This document shows positions 60,701 through 64,000 of a DNA stretch of 64,000 nucleotides, in pieces; within the stretch, counting starts at the first letter, position 1; the number at the start of each line of letters is the position of its first letter. The DNA is from Atopostipes sp. Lineage in GTDB: Bacteria; Bacillota; Bacilli; Lactobacillales; Carnobacteriaceae_A. The notes below the pieces were generated by a model. That model saw only the letters and a program-made list of their open reading frames with translations, ran no database searches and was not told the DNA's origin. Made by a program: the position numbers and the translations under genes. The DNA is taken from assembly GCA_036752165.1 (NCBI GenBank), contig DAIOTF010000001.1, positions 4,485 to 68,484 of the forward strand, written 5' to 3'.

Positions 60701-61906
60701 TTAAAAAAGAGTTAACTCTGTAAAGGATTTCCATATTTTTTTCTGAACTGTAGGAAAAGTAAAATCTTCAAAATCTTTTTCTTGCACCCATCGAGTATTT
60801 TTGGGTAATGAAATAAACTCTTCACTTTCCACTGCCTTACCTTCAAAAATAGACACTTCCCATTTTAAATGACTAAAAATATGTTCAATGACCCCTTTAG
60901 ATTGAGGGATAATAGCTGAGTTTAATTGATACTTCTCTTTAACATACTGTTTTATAAAATTCTGTTGCTCTTCATCTAATTGATCTAAAACCACTGGATT
61001 AAATGATTTCCAAGTCCCGTCTGAAATAATTGTCTCCACTTCAATTAAAGGAAATTGCCATAAATTCGCTAGTAATCCTCTTGACGGTCTCTGTTCTAAG
61101 AGAAATTCTCCTTTTTCATTTTGAAGAATCAATGATATATAAGTCACTGGTTTTGGTTTAGGTTTTGCTTTTTTTACAGGATACTTAGCCCAAGTTTCAT
61201 TTAAATAGGAAGCATTAAATTCTTTCACAGGTGAAAGTTCAGGAAAATAGTTTTTAGGCGTGCAAACTGTCCGCCCTAAATCCATTAAAGCCTGATTAAA
61301 GTCTCCAGGTCGTTTTGGATCAATTAAATACAAACCAACTGTCTCAAAAACTTTTCGGTTTTTAGCTTTCGTAATATCCAGGTCTATTTCAAATAACCGA
61401 CTAAATACACGCATTAAATTGCCGTCAATTGCTGGAATTGGTAAATTAAAAGCAATACTACTAATTGCACCTGCAGTATAAGGACCAATCCCTTTGAGTT
61501 TAATGATTTCTTCAGGATTATTTGGAAAAATCCCTTGATGATGCAAAACAATTTGCATAGCGGCTTCTTTTAAATTGCGCGCTCTCGAATAATAACCTAG
61601 TCCCTCCCACATTTTTAAAACTTTTTCTTCAGGAGCTTGTGCTAGGTCTTTGATTGTTGGAAAAGCTTTGATAAATCTTTCGTAGTATGGAATGACCGTA
61701 TCTGTTCGTGTTTGCTGTAGCATAATTTCGGATATCCAAATATGATACGGGTCACCTGTTTCTCTCCAAGGGAAATTATGATCAGCTTCTTGTTTGTCAT
61801 ACCAATCAAGTAATATTTTCCGAAAAGAAGCAATTTTATCTTCATCCCACATGTCAATATTAAATTGATCTTTTAATTCTTCTCTTGTAAATGCTATTTT
61901 AAACAA
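60701..61906 (-). CDS. mutY: A/G-specific adenine glycosylase
   Basis: PWR, WISEIMLQQT, WEGLGYYSRARNL, HhH LKGIGPYTA, DGN and a C-terminal NUDIX-like domain (HIFSHL.W). Confidence 0.95.
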   Translation of the reverse strand: MFKIAFTREELKDQFNIDMWDEDKIASFRKILLDWYDKQEADHNFPWRETGDPYHIWISEIMLQQTRTDTVIPYYERFIKAFPTIKDLAQAPEEKVLKMWEGLGYYSRARNLKEAAMQIVLHHQGIFPNNPEEIIKLKGIGPYTAGAISSIAFNLPIPAIDGNLMRVFSRLFEIDLDITKAKNRKVFETVGLYLIDPKRPGDFNQALMDLGRTVCTPKNYFPELSPVKEFNASYLNETWAKYPVKKAKPKPKPVTYISLILQNEKGEFLLEQRPSRGLLANLWQFPLIEVETIISDGTWKSFNPVVLDQLDEEQQNFIKQYVKEKYQLNSAIIPQSKGVIEHIFSHLKWEVSIFEGKAVESEEFISLPKNTRWVQEKDFEDFTFPTVQKKIWKSFTELTLF

Positions 61907-61907
61907 T

Positions 61908-62816
61908 TTAGTTAATTTCCCTTTCTTCTAAATAACGGTTAATAAGTTCATTTTGAAAACCTTTTGAATATAAAAATGCTCGGAGTCTTTGATTAAGTTC
62001 GTAACCTTCATATTTTCTAGCATATCTTTTATAGGCTTTTTCTGCTTGTTTTTCTAAAGATCTATATTCTTCATCTTGATCTTTTTCTGTATCTATCGTG
62101 GATATCGCCTGGTCAGCTTGCTCGAAATTGTAGCCTTTATTTACTAAGTATTGTTTGACCTTTTGAATACTCTCAAAGGTTGAACTGTTTTTAGTTTTCG
62201 TCCATTTTTTTTCAGCTAAATCAATCGCATTCTCAAGTTGTTGTTCCTCTGGATATTCCATTAAAGCATCCATGATTGTATGTTCTGATACACCCCGCTG
62301 TTTTAAATCTTGTTCGATATTACGTGGCCCCTTTTGATTTACATTTGCCATCGTCCGAACATAACTTTCAGAATAAATCAAATCATCAATTAACTTTAAT
62401 TCTTTCAGTGTGCCAATGATTCGGTCCGTATAAATATCAATTTCATTTTTTACTAGGTAGTCTCTGATTTGCTTTTCAGTACGTAAAGAATGACTTAAAT
62501 AATTTAATGTTTTCGAATAAGCTTTAGCAAAAGTATCCTCTGCTTCAATTTCTTTCTGTAGTTCTGGTGTAACATGCAAACCTTTTTTTAATTCAAACCG
62601 CAGTAAAACTTCTTCATCTACTCCAAAAGCAAACATATCATTTATATAGACGTTATAGCGCCCTTTTCTTTTTTGAGGTTCAATCTTTGAAATCATACGA
62701 AAAGTTTTTAAACTTTTTGACGGTGTTTCTGATTGTTTAGGCGTTTCTCTTTGATTATCTTTATTTTCTTTATTAGTCAAATGACTTAAATTAATTAAAT
62801 TATTTTCTTCAGTCAT
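61908..62816 (-). CDS. recX: Recombination regulator RecX
   Basis: RYNVYIN...GVDEEVL, LNYLSHSLRT, KGP..I.Q.L.QRG and L..KGF. About 38-aa low-complexity N-terminal extension. Confidence 0.9.
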   Translation of the reverse strand: MTEENNLINLSHLTNKENKDNQRETPKQSETPSKSLKTFRMISKIEPQKRKGRYNVYINDMFAFGVDEEVLLRFELKKGLHVTPELQKEIEAEDTFAKAYSKTLNYLSHSLRTEKQIRDYLVKNEIDIYTDRIIGTLKELKLIDDLIYSESYVRTMANVNQKGPRNIEQDLKQRGVSEHTIMDALMEYPEEQQLENAIDLAEKKWTKTKNSSTFESIQKVKQYLVNKGYNFEQADQAISTIDTEKDQDEEYRSLEKQAEKAYKRYARKYEGYELNQRLRAFLYSKGFQNELINRYLEEREIN

Positions 62817-62839
62817 ATTATCTCCCTTTATGATTGAAC

Positions 62840-64000
62840 TTATTCACTAAAAATGACATTAAGCCAAGAAACATCTTTAACGTAACCTTCCACTTCATAA
62901 TTTTGCGAATCTTTATCAAAAGACTGTTCAGTTATAATGGTTTCTCTTTTCAATTGAGCTAATACATCTCCTCTATGAGAAGGTACGGTCACAGCATATG
63001 GCTCTAATTGATCTTGGATAGCCGATTGGATACTTTCCAAAAGCAGATTTTGATCTTTTTCATTAATCGCTGAAATAACCACATTTGGAAAGAGTGTTGG
63101 ATAAAATTCTCCTTCGACCAAATCAATTTTATTATAAACCGTTAGCATCGGTATAGTGTCCATTCCTAAATTTTTCATCAATTCTAAAACAGTATCCTGA
63201 TGATTTTCCATATCATGAGCTGACGCATCAACAACATGTAACAGTAAATCAACATCTTTCGTCTCTTCTAGAGTAGATTGAAAAGCTTCAATTAGTTGAG
63301 TCGGCAGATCCTGAATAAAACCTACAGTATCCGTTAAAGTTACCTGTAGACCTGAATTTAGTTCTAATTTTCTTGTCACAGGATCTAAAGTAGCGAAAAG
63401 TTCATCTTTTTCATAAGTGGAACTATCCGTTAATGTATTTAAGATAGTGGACTTTCCAGCGTTCGTGTAACCTATCAAACCCACTCTAAATAAATTGCCT
63501 CTTAGTCGTTGAGCACGTCTTCTAGTTCTATGGCCTTCCACTTTTTTTAATTCTCTTTTGATTTCAGTCATTTGTCGATTAATATGACGTCGATCTGTTT
63601 CTAATTTTGTCTCACCTGGTCCTCTTGTACCTATACCACCGGCTAAACGAGACATATTAATTCCATGCCCGACCAAACGAGGTAAAAGGTAATTGAGTTG
63701 TGCTAGTTGTACTTGCAAACTACCTTCTTTGCTTGTGGCTCTTAATGCGAATATATCAAGGATTACTTGGATTCGATCTAAAATTTTAACGTCTATTTCT
63801 TCTTGAATATTTCGAACTTGACTAGGAGATAATTCTTGGTTAAATACAACAGTTGTAGCTTCCAACTCTTCGACTAAACGTTTTAATTCTTGTATTTTAC
63901 CTTTTCCGATAATTGTTCGATTATCGAACCTATCTCTTTTTTGCGTAACTTCTCCTACAACTAATACCCCTGTATTTTCTACAAGTTGTGCTAATTCTTC
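62840..64000 (-). CDS. hflX: GTPase HflX, 5' part outside the window
   Basis: Frame is open to the window edge (EELAQLVENTG...IGKGK). GGIGTRGPGETKLE, GYTNAGKST, LFATLD, DTVGF and NKID. Confidence 0.96.
   Translation of the reverse strand, partial: EELAQLVENTGVLVVGEVTQKRDRFDNRTIIGKGKIQELKRLVEELEATTVVFNQELSPSQVRNIQEEIDVKILDRIQVILDIFALRATSKEGSLQVQLAQLNYLLPRLVGHGINMSRLAGGIGTRGPGETKLETDRRHINRQMTEIKRELKKVEGHRTRRRAQRLRGNLFRVGLIGYTNAGKSTILNTLTDSSTYEKDELFATLDPVTRKLELNSGLQVTLTDTVGFIQDLPTQLIEAFQSTLEETKDVDLLLHVVDASAHDMENHQDTVLELMKNLGMDTIPMLTVYNKIDLVEGEFYPTLFPNVVISAINEKDQNLLLESIQSAIQDQLEPYAVTVPSHRGDVLAQLKRETIITEQSFDKDSQNYEVEGYVKDVSWLNVIFSE

Overview
A low-GC Firmicute chromosomal core region. Gene content and order resemble Lactobacillales, probably Carnobacteriaceae- or Enterococcus-like; this is inferred from protein similarity as I recall it and was not checked by search. 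About 55 intact CDSs, mostly on the minus strand, with two genes cut by the window edges (an M17 aminopeptidase and hflX). It carries rplS-rluD-lspA, addBA-pepT-Nif3-trmK, rpoD-dnaG, glyQS with a glycine T-box, recO-era-cdd-dgkA-ybeY-phoH-yqeY-rpsU-zur, glcK-rhomboid, pbpA-sodA, cshB, zwf, argS, queG-trmL and hflX-recX-mutY. The ORF track missed rpmG (L33, 41936-42088). I found no rRNA, tRNA, CRISPR array, transposase, prophage or defence island, and cannot support a large new multi-gene system. Best leads: (1) an unannotated ~125-nt minus-strand RNA upstream of queG with its own promoter, a C-rich stem-loop and a strand-specific terminator; (2) a likely operon of an atypical pyruvate kinase lacking its C-terminal domain, tag and a lone nadC; (3) a lipoprotein fusing a YkyA-like helical domain to a DUF4015-like glycoside hydrolase; (4) a structured ~140-nt rpsU leader; (5) a DtxR/MntR-type operator on a ZIP transporter; (6) loss of Fe-S ligands in AddB and MutY; (7) local rearrangements (inverted rpmG with a carbonic anhydrase, L25 between rpoD and trmK, a PBP5-like gene behind mutY).
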